This document shows, piece after piece, positions 50,543 through 64,000 of a DNA stretch of 64,000 bases (positions are counted from its first letter, which is position 1; every line of letters starts with the position of its first letter). The notes beneath the pieces were generated by a model. That model searched no databases. It worked only from the letters and a program-made list of their open reading frames with translations, and was not told the DNA's origin. A program made the position numbers and the translations under genes. The stretch comes from Lama glama (Eukaryota): NCBI GenBank assembly GCA_028534125.1, contig CM052816.1, positions 50,036,001 to 50,100,000 of the forward strand, given 5' to 3'.

Positions 50543-51045
50543 TGTTGACTGAGATATAATGTACAATCTAAAAGTTGAGAGTTATGTTTTATTGGACGGA
50601 TTTTCTTAGGACTCAAGCCCAGGACACAGCATCTCAGATTGCTCTAAGAGGCTGTTTCAAAGTGGCAAGGTAGAAGGCAGGATATATGGGTCTTTGCAAC
50701 AAAGACCAGGAAGTCCGAACATCAAAAGAAAACGATTAACTAAAGAAAACCAAGATTATCTCAAGTTAAGGAATTTAGCACTCTTCTATGTATGTAAAGG
50801 TACAAAGGTCTGGGCTCACTGAAATCATGCGTTTGATGAGCACCTAGCTATCTAGGGCCAGTGTCCTGTTCTTTTCCATCCTGAGTTCTCTCAGGGGGCA
50901 CCGTGGGGGTGGCTGCAGAGGCCAGGCTCCTGCTTGTCCGCATCCTGCATCCCCTCCGCTCACTGTCCAGGGCAGTGGTATCAGCTGATGACTTAATGGC
51001 CACAGCATCTTTGTTTACTGATATGGCTGGCAGTATTTTCATTCA
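50543..51045 (-). mobile_element. ERV1 solo LTR, resembling the artiodactyl MER41-like families
   Basis: TG...CA termini, near-TSD ttta/gtta, TTTATT (AATAAA on minus strand) near 50587. Family name is from recall. Confidence 0.75.
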
Positions 51046-54000
51046 GTTACTTTAGAGTCTCTAGATTTACCTATATAACACTTCGGGTTTTCTTTACAGG
51101 AGTTTCCTTTACATAACAATTTAACTATCGATAACATGTTTCCCTGCAAACTGGCAAATAAGAAAGGTCACTCTGAGCAGAAACTTCTGAGATTAACCTT
51201 AAAACGGATCTCACAGGTGTGGTTTCATTTTAGGGAAAGAGTTTTTATTCAATTATTAACAAGTGTCTGCCTCCCTTTCAGTTCTCCCTGAAGAAAAGAA
51301 AACATCACGGAGCATAAACCTCAAAACAGATCTATTCATTAGTCCTTGCTAAGTATCTGTGCATAGTCTGGGTTGCCACATTTCATGCCCCAATTTAAAA
51401 GTCATTCAAGTTCAAATTCTTTTCAGTTGCAAATAATTCAGGATCCCTGGAGAGTCTGTGACAGAACCAGATGGCTAGCAAATCTCCAAGAGTTCCACCT
51501 AATCTAACTTTTTATCTTAAAATAATTGAGTTTCTCCTATTCATGTAGCCTTTAATGAAAAGCAAACTGTGTAACAGGAAGGTGTTACTGATGCTTGTAC
51601 AGGTTTTGCTGGGTGATTTAATATGAGTTGGTCCTGGTAAATACAAGAAGAAATTAGGGTCATGAGACAAATTTCCAAGTCTGCAGGTGCTCCTCTGCTC
51701 ACTAAATAAAGGAGTGGAAGTGCATGTAAGTTGGCCCAGTGGAACTTATGGGAGCCTATGAATTTTAAAAGCACCTTCTAGGTTTAACTGAAATGTTTCC
51801 TTACTAGTCTAGTCTGACAACGTTATGTATTTCAGCACTTCTCAAACTATGTTCTGCCACCTCACTTACAACAAACAGTACAGACGTTTGGTGATGGAGT
51901 GCAATATTCTGAAGTATCAGTTGGCATCTTTCTATCCATTCACACCCCGAGGGCTTCCTGTCTCCCCCATGTGCTCAGGTAAACAATTTGTCTACATAAG
52001 CACTCAAGAGGATCTTAAAAAATAATTTTTTTTTCACATATAAACACATTTTTTTTTAAGCGTTGAGAGCAGGGAAACTTCCTGAAATTTCAAAGCAAAT
52101 TCTAACCTTTCAGTATTGGAGACAACCTCCTGATAATACAGGACTACAGCTGAGCAGAAGGCTGGAGAAATGGGATTAAGGTTAGCAGTCAGAGACACAA
52201 AACAAACACGTTAAGTAACTCAAGATTAGGCTAAGAAAGTAAGGAAAATTAAGAAAATATACATGCACCCAGATGCATTGATTTAATTGCATTTAAAAAT
52301 ATAACCATTAGTATAATTTTTAATTACCAGATTCATGTCACCTTTATGCAAAAAAGCATTTAGGCATGAGATGCCTCACACCAGCTGCCAAACTGATCTT
52401 TCTGAGCTACCACTGATGGCGTCTTTGCCTTTACAAGAAAAACTTTTCTACACAAGATACTGCTTTGGTTTTTGTTGCCTTTTTGTTTTTAACATATAGG
52501 GTAATAGCACAGCTGATAATAAGTTCTGTTAGGACAAGGTGGTAATATTATGAAATATACAGTATTCTACAATTTTATGTGACTAGGCTTCCCACAATTT
52601 AAAACTTTACATGTTTCAGATAAGTAGTTTCTAGATAAAAGTGTAAGGTGTGATTTCATATTTAAAGAAGAGACCCTTTTGGAAAGAATTAAACTGCCAA
52701 ATGCTGAAGTTTTTGGACAAAATGTTTTTAGCTAACAATGCATATGCAAAGGATACAGAAAGCTTTAAAAAATCAAGGCAGAGTATCAGCATCTAAACGA
52801 AGTGGTTATGGCAAGGTGTCAAACTGGATAAAATTGCTTTTTAAATACGTATCAGTCATTATCAATAATCAACTATGGAGAAATACCTTTCAGTCATTAT
52901 TAACAGAGTTCAGTATTTTGGAAAAAGTCTGTATACAGGATATCCAGACTCCGCAGGGCCAGACTCTAAGAGGTTCACTATCTGCTAATTCCCATCTGCG
53001 AACACGTCCTCCTGGGGAAGCCCAGGAGGGAGGACTCAGAAGGGGCCTTCTCCCCGTGGCTGCACTGGTCATGACTTCCAGACTGCTGCAGGCACGGGTA
53101 GGAGGAAAGCAACTTCCAGGTGGACGCGTCTTAAAAAAAAAAAACAGAAAACCTCACTTCTAATCAATCCTCCATTCTGTGATTAGATCCTGTAAAACAT
53201 CACCACCCTTCCTACAGCCTGCAAGACCCTGAAGTTTCTCATTTTAAGGCTACACACTGGAAACATGCTCAGACAGAGTCATCAAGACTGATAATGGAAG
53301 AAACAAAGCCTGTATCATCAAGAAAGATAACTAGTAAATGTTACTTGAGGGGAAAAACAAAACAAAACAAAATAAAACCGACAAGCAAATAAAGGCACCA
53401 GCCTATAAAACTTTCCGTTTTTATCATGGAAAAGGGCTTAGATAAAAGCCATTTTTAGAGTAAAAAATCTTTCCATAGTTACTCTACCCACTAAATTTAA
53501 TTCAAATATATTACCTCAGCACCTCCTTAAAAATATTTTCTTGCAAACTGAAAGAATCAATCAACTATGACCCCTTCAGCAGTGATAACAGCCAAATTGA
53601 GTTTCTTTCACCAGCCAATTCTCAGATACTTGCAACATTATCCTCAGGTTCTGATATATACAGTAAATTAAAAACCCATTTAGTAACTTTATTTGACAGC
53701 TAAACTGTCTCTAAGCAGCCCTAGGCAAAGGATACAAACATCTGGCTCTCTCACAGAGAGCCATAACATACGAACAACTTTACAGTGTTTAGTCTTACTT
53801 TCTGTGGTCTATACTCTGCCATCAGTAACGGTTTATCAGTGAAAATACTGCATGGCCTTATTTGCCAAGGCACCAAAGACATGCTGAGAATAAAGTTATC
53901 TATGAACATGTTGCTTATTAAAATGCAAAGGAACTATGTGAGAGTCACCTTTCCAAAAACAGTCATTTTACATTTGAACTTTACCAGTGAATAATAGGGT

Positions 54001-55189
54001 TTCATCTGGAATATAATTGCATGACCTAAACCACTGCACTCTGCACAATGCTCTGCACAAAACCCAAGATACTTTTTGATAAAATAAGCTGAAAGCTCCC
54101 AGTTTAAACACGCAAACTGAAGTGTTTAAGGGTCTATATTCGCTGTTGTGTTTTAAAGTGATCATAGACTTCAACAGTGTATGTAGCAGCATTGGTCTCT
54201 TTCCCCTTTAGCAGATTTGGGTCCTCTTTCATGTCTCAGGGAACCATCCCTGTGTGTCTACCTCAGACCAGGACTTGCATTTCTAGATCCTGGACTCCTC
54301 GGTCCCCAAATGGTCTCTATCTGCTCACCCTCCGTCTCCCCATCTCCCATACCCTGGACGTTATCAACAGCTGAGCAGACTTCTCCCCAAGTACATTTTC
54401 TGTAGGTAGGCATGTATGTAAGGGGACACACAGACACATACACCACATATATTTATGGTGATTTGATCTGTAATCCCAAGCCACTCACATGGGATCATTC
54501 ACCTAACTCCAATGTCCCCTACCAGTCGCAGGTCCCACCATACGTCCCCTTCACCTCAGGCCCCAGATACACCCAAACTAACTGTTGTTCCCCTTCCTGC
54601 CAGGAATGCTCATTCCCACTTGTTCTCCCTTTAAAAGTTCCTCAAGGCCTTTCAAGATACATTTGAGTATTACCTATTTCAACAGTTCTACCGTAACTTT
54701 CTCAGATAGATTTAGAAACCCCTCATCTGTCCTTCCCATAACTCACTATATGTATGACTCTGCATTGCTGTGACCGTTGGTGATGGTGATTTTTTAAAAA
54801 TATATCTGCCTTCCCGTTATATTATAATCCTAGACAGTAGGAGCCAAGCTTAATTACCTTCTGTATCACCACACATCCACAATCCTTGAAAACTTCATCT
54901 TAATTAAAATAGCTATTACATAGGCCTCAAACTGTGAGTTAATCCTCTCAAATTATAGTAAGGAAGAGTTATTTCTGCTTTGAGATCTAAAATGACTGTA
55001 TAGAACTATTAGTGTAAAAAGAAAATGTAAGTGCAATGAGAGAAGCAGGAACAAAGTAGAAATAAATGGAATTAAATATTTGGATGAATGCATAAAGTCC
55101 TACAAACTGTGACTAATTTTAGAAGGGTCTTCGGGATTTTACTAGTAGATATGATCCTTCTCCCAGAAAGTGCTCTGCTTGTGCACATG

Positions 55190-55241
55190 AACACACACAC
55201 ACAGACACACATAATACAAACACACACACACACACACACAC
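55190..55241. repeat. Interrupted (CA)n microsatellite
   Basis: Seen directly. Confidence 0.85.
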
Positions 55242-56159
55242 GTCTTATAAAGGGTCTTTTCCCCTTGAAAGCATTCCCTGGATGATTTCTGTAGAGAGCT
55301 TTTGTGCTGGTCTTCTCAAAACATAGACTAAGAATATTGAGCCTTTGAAATGATATGAGAGGACAGAACCCTGTAATTCAATAACCAAAGAGCAAGATTT
55401 AGGAGAAAGTGAAAGAAAACCATGAAAAAGATGGATAGTGTCCCTTTGGACCACCCTGGCTTAAGGAGCTTTTGCCCCAGTGTGTTGGCTTACATTTTAT
55501 TTTAATTTGTATCTGGCTTATAATTACAACTAGCTGTTGAGGCACTGTGGTTTCTGTTGTTATTGCTGTTGCTTCCTTATGAAACCAAAAGATACAGCTG
55601 ATTAAAGGCCTCTATCCTTCTCACCTCTGAAGGTGAAGGAGCTGAGATCTGGACAAGTGAGCGGTTCTGGGCAGAAAGGGCCGCGACGTGGGGTGGGGGC
55701 AGGAGGGCAGAAGGCAGCGGCCCGGAGAGAAGAGAGCTGAGATGTTGGGCTAATTTTCACTTCTTAAATTCAAATCGGGAGGAGCTCTGCAATCCTCCAA
55801 TCTTTTTGACAGAAGTAGGATTGAGTAGGAGAAAGCAAACAAGATGGAATACAGAAGAAAACAGAAAAACAAACCGAAGCAAATGAGATACAGAAAAATG
55901 TTAAAATTATACAAAAGGTTTAACCTCCAAAGCGACTAGTTAGGGGAAATCGGACATGTTAGCAGTTAGAAATAAAAATACGCTGTGTCTACAGACTATA
56001 GGAACCACTGCAAGAAGGAGAATGCTTTGATTCCGGGCACTGTAATTCGGCAAGCCCCAGGGTTACTCCTGGTCCCATCCTGCTTGCTAGGACACATAAT
56101 TTCCTCGCAGAGACGTCCCAGGATTCTGCTTAATTTTCTCCATCTCACAACGTAAACAA

Positions 56160-56360
56160 TAACAGGATGTGATCATTCATTCAGCACTCACCCTACGCCA
56201 AATACCCTAGCTGAGGACTTTGTGTGCCCATGACTGCACTTAATCCTCACAGCCACTCCATGAGGCAGGTGCTGTCACTCCCCTGGTTTGCAGATGAAAA
56301 AGTGCAAGTTAAGAAAAGTGTTCACTTTCAAAAGGTCAAACAGCTGATGAATGCAAAGAT
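56160..56360 (-). mobile_element. MIR SINE
   Basis: cacttaatcctcacagccactccatgaggcaggtgctg...tttgcagatgaaaaagtg...aaggtcaaacagctg. Confidence 0.7.
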
Positions 56361-58354
56361 GAGAGAATTTCTTCCCCCAACACTCACTGACCTGGAAGGC
56401 AGTTACAGACCTTAATTATCTGGTTAGCTAGTTAAGCTGAGACACGAGGTCTGGAGTATAAAATGATTTTTCTGGCATGATGGTGGACAAAGAAAACAAA
56501 GTCCAGCAATGAAAAAAAACCTCCCAGTAACTCAGATTCTTCATTATAGCAATGCTTCTTAAAGCCCCATTTCTCTCCCATCCACTTTTTTACCACCTCG
56601 CTGCTGCTCTGGCCCCTTCCCACACTGACCATCCTAAAAACTTCCTTTCTCAGTCCTAGCCATCCTCTCTCTGGCCCCTTTACTTCTCTTTTCCTGTTCA
56701 CACTTCTCACCGTTTCTCCCAGTTTTGATTCACAAAAGCCAACCGTGCAGGAGTTCTGTGTGAATAATCTTATTTCACACAGTGGCAGATAAACCTGCCA
56801 CTATGGATGGACCATCCTTGGTGGGCTAAGCACATGCTGAAGCTGAGGCCCACTCTCCCTCTGACCCCGAACGACACCCACCAACCAGCAGCAGTGCACA
56901 GGACACTGGGGGAAAGAACTCTCCATAACACAAAAAGGAACAGAAAACACTGAGCAGGGGAAAGCCAGACCACTCTTCAGTTGGCAGGGAGAAGAAAAAG
57001 CCTAAGAATTCCCAGATGTTTGTCGTTTTGGTTCTGTGACATTTCCTTGTATGTTTTTATCCTTCAACTAGCCTTAAATGTCATGGGATTGAGGTTTATT
57101 TTCTAAGAATTGGAAACCACTGAGGACATTTGATGAAGAAAGTGACTTAAACTTATCTATAAACGTTGAAAGATAGTCTGGCCGTTAGTTAAGGGACAGA
57201 CTGGAGAAATGAAGGGCGATGAGGAGCTAGACAGAATTTTCTTTCTTTTCAGCTCTTTTCTCCTCACCCTTGGAAGGAATCTTTGCAAAGACTCATTCAT
57301 AGTCAGAGACACTGTTATAAAACAGTGCACTGAAGGCGCATTATGGGAAGAGAAATGTAGAAGTGCTTCAATCTCCCTCCGTGCGTGCCATGGCTGAGAC
57401 ACCCTCGTGGAACTCTCAGACACAACTGGGTGAGACGTCAGAGGCGCTGGCCCAGCGCCCGGCACATGGCAGTCGATAGTTACCCACTGCACGGACACTC
57501 ATTCACTGCACAACTGGATACATGCATAAATGGGGTCAGGAATCCTGATCAGGCAGGTAGAGCCAAGGACTACTGACAGTTAAGTTGTTATTGTTACATG
57601 ACTTCACCTCTTCCAATAGGCTGGTGGTACCAGGAAAAGTGGAGTTTTGACTTAGTAACTGTGGAAAATTAAAAGAAAATCAAGTTTGTGGGAATGATAA
57701 TGACCCTGATTAAAGACACTGGTTGAGCTTTGGGGCTAGAAGCCTTTATCTCCACTATTCCCACATGCAGATGAAGAATGAATTACTACTGCCCTTTATT
57801 TATACAACTAAATATTATTGGTGACCTCTTTGGGCCAGGAATCATAACAGGGATAATAAAGAGACAACACAGAAGGGGCAAAGATCAGCCATACACAAAT
57901 TAGACATAAAGAACTCTCAGTCCAGGGTGAACAGTACAGTACAAGGTGCCTGGTGCTGTAACTAAGGTGTATAAAGAGTCGTCATCGACCAAGGTGGAAA
58001 GGGGTGTATGGACTACAGAGGTGGGAAAGGGGACCACTCCTCACAGGAGGAGAATTTTGTCACTGCCATTGCTGAGAACTGCCAATGCATGGTGCTAACA
58101 GAAAGCAAGCTGATCATTGGTCTGTTTTATTATTGTTCTTAAATTCTCCACAGACGATGCACCCCTTTGCAGCTGCCTCCAGGGCACTCTGCTCCCCACT
58201 CCATTTCCCATCCTCTTGATTTCACACTGACGCCAACTGCCACATAAGCAAAGTGAAAGGAGAGATGGACCTTTTCTGAGGGAGCCCCAGAAAGAATAGC
58301 AGGGCCAGTGACATTCAAACTGAAGTTTGAAAAGAACTAAGCATTTACCTAGTA

Positions 58355-60175
58355 CTATAGCCACCCATAAATACAGTCAACTGCTTTTTGACAAAGGAGC
58401 AAAGACAATACAGTGGAGTAAAGACAATGTCTTCAACAAATGGTGCTGGAACAACTGGACATCCACATACAAAAAAATGAATCTAGACACAGACCTTACA
58501 ACCTTCACAAAAATTAACTCTAAATGGATCACAGACCTAAATGTAAAATGCAAAATTCTCCTAAATAGGAGAAAACCCAGATGACCTTGGGCATGGTGAT
58601 GCTTTTTAGATACAATATAAAAGACATGATCCATGATAGAAATAATTGCTAAGCTGGACTTTATTATAACTGAAAACTTCTGCTTTGTGAAATACAGTAT
58701 TAAGAGAATGAGACGACAAGCCACAGACTAAAGAAAATGTTTACAAAAGACACATCTGATAAAAGACTTTAATTTAAAATATACCCAATAATAAAACACA
58801 AAACAACCTGATTTCAAAAATGGGCCAAAGATCTTAACAGAGTCCTCACCAAAGATATAAAGATGGCAAATAAGCATATGAAAAAATGCCCAGCATCACA
58901 CGTCATCAGAGAAATGCAAATTAAAACAACCACGAGATACCACCACATATGTATCCCATACATGTATCAGAATGGCCCAAACCCAGAAAGCTCACAATGC
59001 CAAATGCTGGCAAGGATACAGGCCAACAGGAACTCTCGCTCACTGCCGGTGGGAATGGAAAATGGTACAGCCGCCTCGAAAGACAGTTTGGCAGTTTCTT
59101 ACAAAACTAAACACAGTCTCAGCAACGATCCAGCAATCGTGCACGTCAGTATTTACCCAAAGGAGCTGAAAACTCCTGTCCATACAAAAACCTACAAATG
59201 GATGTTTACAGCAGCTTTATCCATAACTGCTAAAACTTAGACACAACCAAGATGACCTCCAGTAGGTCAGTGGATAAATAAACCATGATGCATCCAATTA
59301 CATATTATTCAGTGCTAAAATGAATGAGCTATCAAGCCACGAAAAGACGCAAAGTAATGTTATTACTAAGTGAAAGAAGCCAATCTGAAAAGGCTACAAT
59401 ACTGTAGGAACCCAACTCTATGATGCTTTGGAAAAGACAGAACTGCAGATAAAGTTGAAAGATGAGTGGTTGCCAGAGGTGGGGTAAGGAGAAGAGATGA
59501 AGCAGAGCACAGAGGATTTTTAGGGCAGTGAAAATACTCTGATTGTCTAAGCCCATTCAGGCTGCTAAAACAAAACGTTATGGACTGGACGGCTTATAAA
59601 CAACAGAAATTTGTTTCTCACAGTTCTGGTGCCTGGAAGTCTGAGATCACGGTGTCAGCATGGTAGGGTGAGGGCTCCCTGCCGAGTGGCTGACTTCTTG
59701 CTTCCTAACACAACAGAAGGGGCTAAGGAGCTCTGCGGGACCTCTTTTATAAGAGCACTCATCCTATTCGTGAGGGCTTCATCTTCAAGACCTAACCACC
59801 TCCCAGGGGCCCCACCTACTAATACCATCACCTTTTGGGGGTTAGGATTTCAACATATGAATTTGAGGTGACACACAAACATCCAGGCTCAGCAATGATA
59901 GTATAGTATAATGATGGATCTATGTTACACATTCGTCCAACCCTACAGAGCATACAGCAAGAAGAATGAACCCTAAGGTAAACTATGGACTTTCGGTGAT
60001 AGTGATGTGTTGGTGTGGGTTCATCCTTAATTAAAAAAAAAAGGTACCACTCTGGTAAGTGATGTTGATAACAGGGGATGCCATGTACGTCTGGGGGCAG
60101 AGGGTACATGGGAAACTCCAGCCCTCCTCTCAATTTTGTTACAAACATAAAACTGCCCTAAAAAATTGTCTTTTA
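58355..60175 (+). mobile_element. L1MC-like LINE-1 3' portion (decayed ORF2 and 3' UTR), split by a MaLR LTR
   Basis: ORF2 remnants ([38 protein letters not shown]...[12 protein letters not shown]) and an L1MC-type 3' UTR (gtaaactatggacttt...aaaactgccctaaaaaa). Confidence 0.9.
59544..59894 (-). mobile_element. MLT1A-like MaLR solo LTR nested in L1MC
   Basis: TG...CA termini, near-perfect 5-bp TSD ctgat/atgat, and the L1 sequence resumes on the far side. Confidence 0.85.
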
Positions 60176-60779
60176 GAACATTGTTTTTAAAGAAGGATTA
60201 CAGTACATCACCATCTCTCCTTGCAAAAGAAACCACAGGGAGCAGGGCAGAACACTTCCCCATTTGTGACATCTAGTGGCCCTGCGTCTGAATGACAACC
60301 TTTTTAGAGAAGGAAAGTCTGGCATGGTCAACAGGGGTTTCACCAGCTCTGAAAACACAGGAAAGCACTCATTCTCCACAAGAGTTCAGCAGTGTTCCAG
60401 TTTAAGAGCCAAGTCGATTAAAATATAAGGCACTTGTCTATCTGCAGAGTATTTATCTGGATTCAGGAAAGCACAAAAGACAAAGTGCCCCAAAGCCTGA
60501 ACATGATGATGCCTGGGAAGGACAGAGAAGCCAGATTCCAACCTCAGGCTATTTCGTAGCACAGGAAAGACAATTAAGGAGCCAGCCATCCTCCAGGGCA
60601 GTATCTGCGAAGCAGTGGGAGACCATGCTAAGAAAGAACCTTCAGGCGAAATAGCTGGGACATCATGGATGCTGGTTCCTTAGGGGAGAAATGGGACAGG
60701 GGCTCAGTCGGAAGTCATTTCCGTGACAACGCTGGCTTGCCTAGTTGGTACTCTCTTTGTGCTTCTGTTACATGGAGAT

Positions 60780-60955
60780 ATTATGACTTTGCATATATTA
60801 TCTCACTAAATTTAATCCTCACAACAACCCCAGAAGGTAGGTCTTTTAATTCCCTATTTTGGTAAGTGAGAGTACCAGGGCTCAGAGAGACTAAATATAA
60901 CTTGTCCTAATTACAGCTAGAAAGTAGCATTGTTGGCATCTGATTTCACGTCTCT
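60780..60955 (-). mobile_element. MIR SINE
   Basis: tttaatcctcacaacaaccccagaaggtagg...ggctcagagagactaaatataacttgtcctaattacagctagaaagt. Confidence 0.7.
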
Positions 60956-61633
60956 TTGGCTCGGGAGTACATTTTTCTTCCATATCACATTCATCCAGAT
61001 AATAGTTTTGATAAACCAACTAGTGTTCTTTGTTTTTCCACTGCTATTTTCCACTCTCCTCGCCACCGCCCATAGCAAACATTCTGGGTGCACTGCCTTG
61101 TGGGAGGGGTGTGGCAAGACAGAGAGCTGAAAGAGCCAGCAAATATTTGGGGGTTTGTGTCCCAAAAGTCTAAGTAAGGAAGTGAGAGGATCAAGGCACA
61201 GATACAGAGACTAGGGAGAGCACCCAGAAATGAGGAGGAGGGAAGCGGGGAGAATTATTTCCCATGACTGCAAGGGGCGGTAAGGATGAGAGAAGAGACA
61301 TGGGTGGGCCTATTTCCCTGGCAGAGCCATCATGACAAAGAAGTTGTCACTGCAGAAACATCCAGAACACCTCAACTGCCTAATCCATGAGTGTAAAGTG
61401 CCATTTGAGTCTCCTGCCTTGAGGTGGGCTGGAAGCCACCCTTTATGGGAGGGCCCGTGGGCACAGAAACAAGGTGTGTTCCCAGACAACCTGGCAGGGC
61501 AGATGCGCCCAGGGTGCTGTGTAGGCAACGCCCTGGGAAGTGGGAGGGTTTAAGTGTTTACCACCTGGAGGCACTAAAGGACAAAATAAACATCATGTTG
61601 ACAGAAAAATTAAATTATATTTAAGAGCCACCT

Positions 61634-62053
61634 TGTATTAGTTTCCCAGGGCTGTCATCACGAGGTACCACAAAGTGGGGGACTTGAAAAAACGAAGTTT
61701 AATCCCTCCACTCTGGAGGCTAGAAGCACAAGCTAGAGGTGGCCGCAGGCCTAGCCTCCCACACAGACTCTAGGGGAGACCTCTTCCCAGCTTCCAGCGC
61801 TGGCCACCGTCCACAGTGTTCCCGCATCACTCCAGCCTCTGCGTCTGTCTCCCCAGGGCCCACTCTCTGCATGCACCCCTGTGTGCCCTCTCTTCTTCTT
61901 AGAAGGAGATCAGCCACTGGACTCAGGATCCACCCTAATCAAGACGACTTTATCTTAACTTCATTACATTTGAAAAGACCTTCTTTGCAAGTAAGTTTAT
62001 ATTCACAGATACTGGGGTCCCTCTTCTTGAGGAGACACAATGCAACCACTGCA
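61634..62053 (-). mobile_element. MLT1B/C-like MaLR solo LTR
   Basis: Starts tgtattagtttcccagggctg, ends ...ca; near-TSD cacct/cgcct. Confidence 0.8.
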
Positions 62054-63009
62054 CGCCTGCATCTGTGGTCTGGGACTCGTACCTGCTACACACCTGAGTT
62101 TCGTGTGGAAGAGGTGACACCACACAGGGTTAAGAGTGCTAGTGTGAGGAAGGCTGGTCCTGGTCCAATGTTAAAGTGACATGGGAACTTGAGTAAGGCC
62201 AATTGGCCTCTAATGGTCTTGATTTCTTCATCTTCGTGGAGGCTGGGATATTGTCCTGATCCTTTCTAGCGCTGACATTTATTGACTCTTCTGGTCCAGG
62301 CTGAGTAGATGAAGCCTTCCCCCACCCCTACAGTGTGGTTTAAGAGGAATCAGAGTCTGCTGGTCTGAGAACACTCTACTCCGAGGCCCCATGATGCTTT
62401 CTTCCTTGCTGGCCTGCTCCTCTCTCATCATCTGGGTCACAAAGGTATTACAAGACAAATAGACAATCTATTGTCTCCTGAAGGCCACTGCAAGGATAAT
62501 CTGGATTCTGGACAACAAACAATTATGTTGACAGCTTTGTTTTGTTGACAGATTCAGTTTTGAAATGCTAACACTACAGGGAGGTCTGCTTGGTGGGAGG
62601 GTCAAGCTGCATGGTTGCCAAGGAAAACCAGGACTTGATTCAGGGGAGAACATGCCAAGGAGGCAACACAGGGCTTAGGCTCTGCGTGAATGTTTTGTTG
62701 TAACTGCAAATCCAGCCTAGACGGAAGGCAATGACAGACAAGAGCCAAAAGCCAGGGATGAAGGCCAGCCCAGGCTCCCACTGGCCACCTCCAGAGAGAA
62801 CGTGTGAGCTGCTGAAGGGGGCCAGACCCCAGCACCAGGAGGTAAGGGAGCTGTCCTCCCTCCGACAAGAAGACGGTCTCAGGGGCTCTCCCGCAGCCAA
62901 AACTGCAGACGGTCTGCAGACGCAGAGGCCAGGCTGAACCTGGGCTGCTTCTCAGTGCCTAAAAGCCCTGTCAGTAAGACACAAGCCGCCACTGCGGAAG
63001 AATGAGGGT

Positions 63010-63240
63010 CTCAGAGCGGGGTCAGCGCTCTGTGCTCGGGAAGTGGACGTGCTGCCCGGATGCCACGTTTACCAGCTGTGTGACTTTGGACAAGTTATTA
63101 TCCTTTGTAAGACTCAGATGAAATGAAGGTTAGTATCTGACCACCCATCTATTGGTAGCCGTGAGAATTCAATGACATGATGTAGGTCAAGTGCTTCATG
63201 GAGAGCCTGGCACCAGAAAAGCACCCAGTAAGTGTTATTC
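63010..63240 (+). mobile_element. MIR SINE
   Basis: tttaccagctgtgtgactttggacaagtta...gtgagaattcaatgacatgatgtagg-caagtgctt...gcctggcac. Confidence 0.7.
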
Positions 63241-63409
63241 ACAATGTTACAGATGCAGAACCAAAGCTAAATGACACTAAAAACTGAATGGTACTAAGGC
63301 CACACAGCTAAGCAATGACACCTCTGAGGTAAGAATCCAGGGTTCCTGACTCCGTTCTTTCATAATACAACAGAGAAACTAAAAAGGAGAAGCTGGGAAT
63401 ACTTATTTA

Positions 63410-63590
63410 ATTTATTTAACAAGTGGTTATCATGTTTGTCCTGGGCTAGGCACTGTTCTAGGCACTTTATAAATGCTAAGTCACTTAAGCTTCCTAGCAA
63501 CCACTGAGGCAGGCACTATCACTACCACTTTATAAATGAGGAAAATGAAGACAGAATAGGTAAGTGACACACCCAAGGTCACTCAGGGTC
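63410..63590 (-). mobile_element. MIR SINE
   Basis: ctaggcactgttctaggcacttta...cactttataaatgaggaaaatgaag...cccaaggtcac. Confidence 0.7.
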
Positions 63591-64000
63591 AGCAGACACT
63601 GTGCTATGACTAGGGGTTCTAAAGAAAATAGATAAAATTTAAGTATTACTTTACTTAGACCAATTCTCTTAAAACTCATTAGTTAAAACATATTCTTCTT
63701 TCTAATAAGTCTTTTAATGTTCAAGATGTTGAACAGATGAGATGGCATGCATTCATCTAAAACCCCTAGTTATCCCTGACTAAAAGCAGCCTAAAACTTT
63801 AGCCTGTATAATGTAAACTGAAAGTCTATCTAGCCAGCAGCAGTTTCATAAATTGTAGACGGAATTCTATGAGATGGCAACTGTTTTCCATAAGGCAAGT
63901 CTTACAGAATCTACAGAAATCTAGCCTCCAAATTTCTAAAACTTCTTAGAAATTATTTAAAAATTAACAATGTCTTGAATGTCTCAAACAGAGCATAAGA

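Noticed and set aside
52738..53163. 141-aa ATG-initiated ORF downstream of HAPLN1
   Set aside because: No recognisable homology, exon structure or promoter; not supportable without expression data.
55678..55710. Possible G-quadruplex or CpG patch
   Set aside because: Very short, one long loop, and no supporting promoter features.
61739..62179. 146-aa ORF
   Set aside because: Lies mostly within an MLT1 LTR and has a non-ATG start.
42320..64000. 3' exons of VCAN, the expected tail-to-tail neighbour
   Set aside because: No EGF, C-type lectin or sushi domain peptides on the minus strand; VCAN presumably lies beyond the window.

Overview
This is mammalian genomic DNA, most likely from a camelid (alpaca/camel), judged from three tRNA-derived SINEs of the camelid Vic-1 type and artiodactyl-like L1/LTR elements. 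It carries the complete coding region of HAPLN1 (cartilage link protein 1) on the + strand in four coding exons: 10435-10534, 27670-28041, 35966-36268 and 38300-38589. These total 100+372+303+290 = 1065 nt (354 aa + stop); all three introns are GT-AG and phase 1. The window starts inside intron 1, so the non-coding first exon and promoter appear to lie upstream of it. The AT-rich 3' UTR has several candidate poly(A) signals out to about 42.3 kb. The rest is intronic/intergenic DNA with ordinary interspersed repeats (L1, L2, MIR, MER DNA transposons, MaLR and ERV solo LTRs, SINEs), microsatellites and one 500-N assembly gap. Apart from HAPLN1 exons and decayed L1 ORF2 pieces, the ORF track looks like noise. 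I found no support for a previously undescribed biological system. The findings are modest, testable points about splicing, 3' end processing, candidate regulatory motifs and transposon history. Repeat family names and cross-species comparisons are from recall, not from database searches, and repeat boundaries are approximate unless target-site duplications (TSDs) are given.
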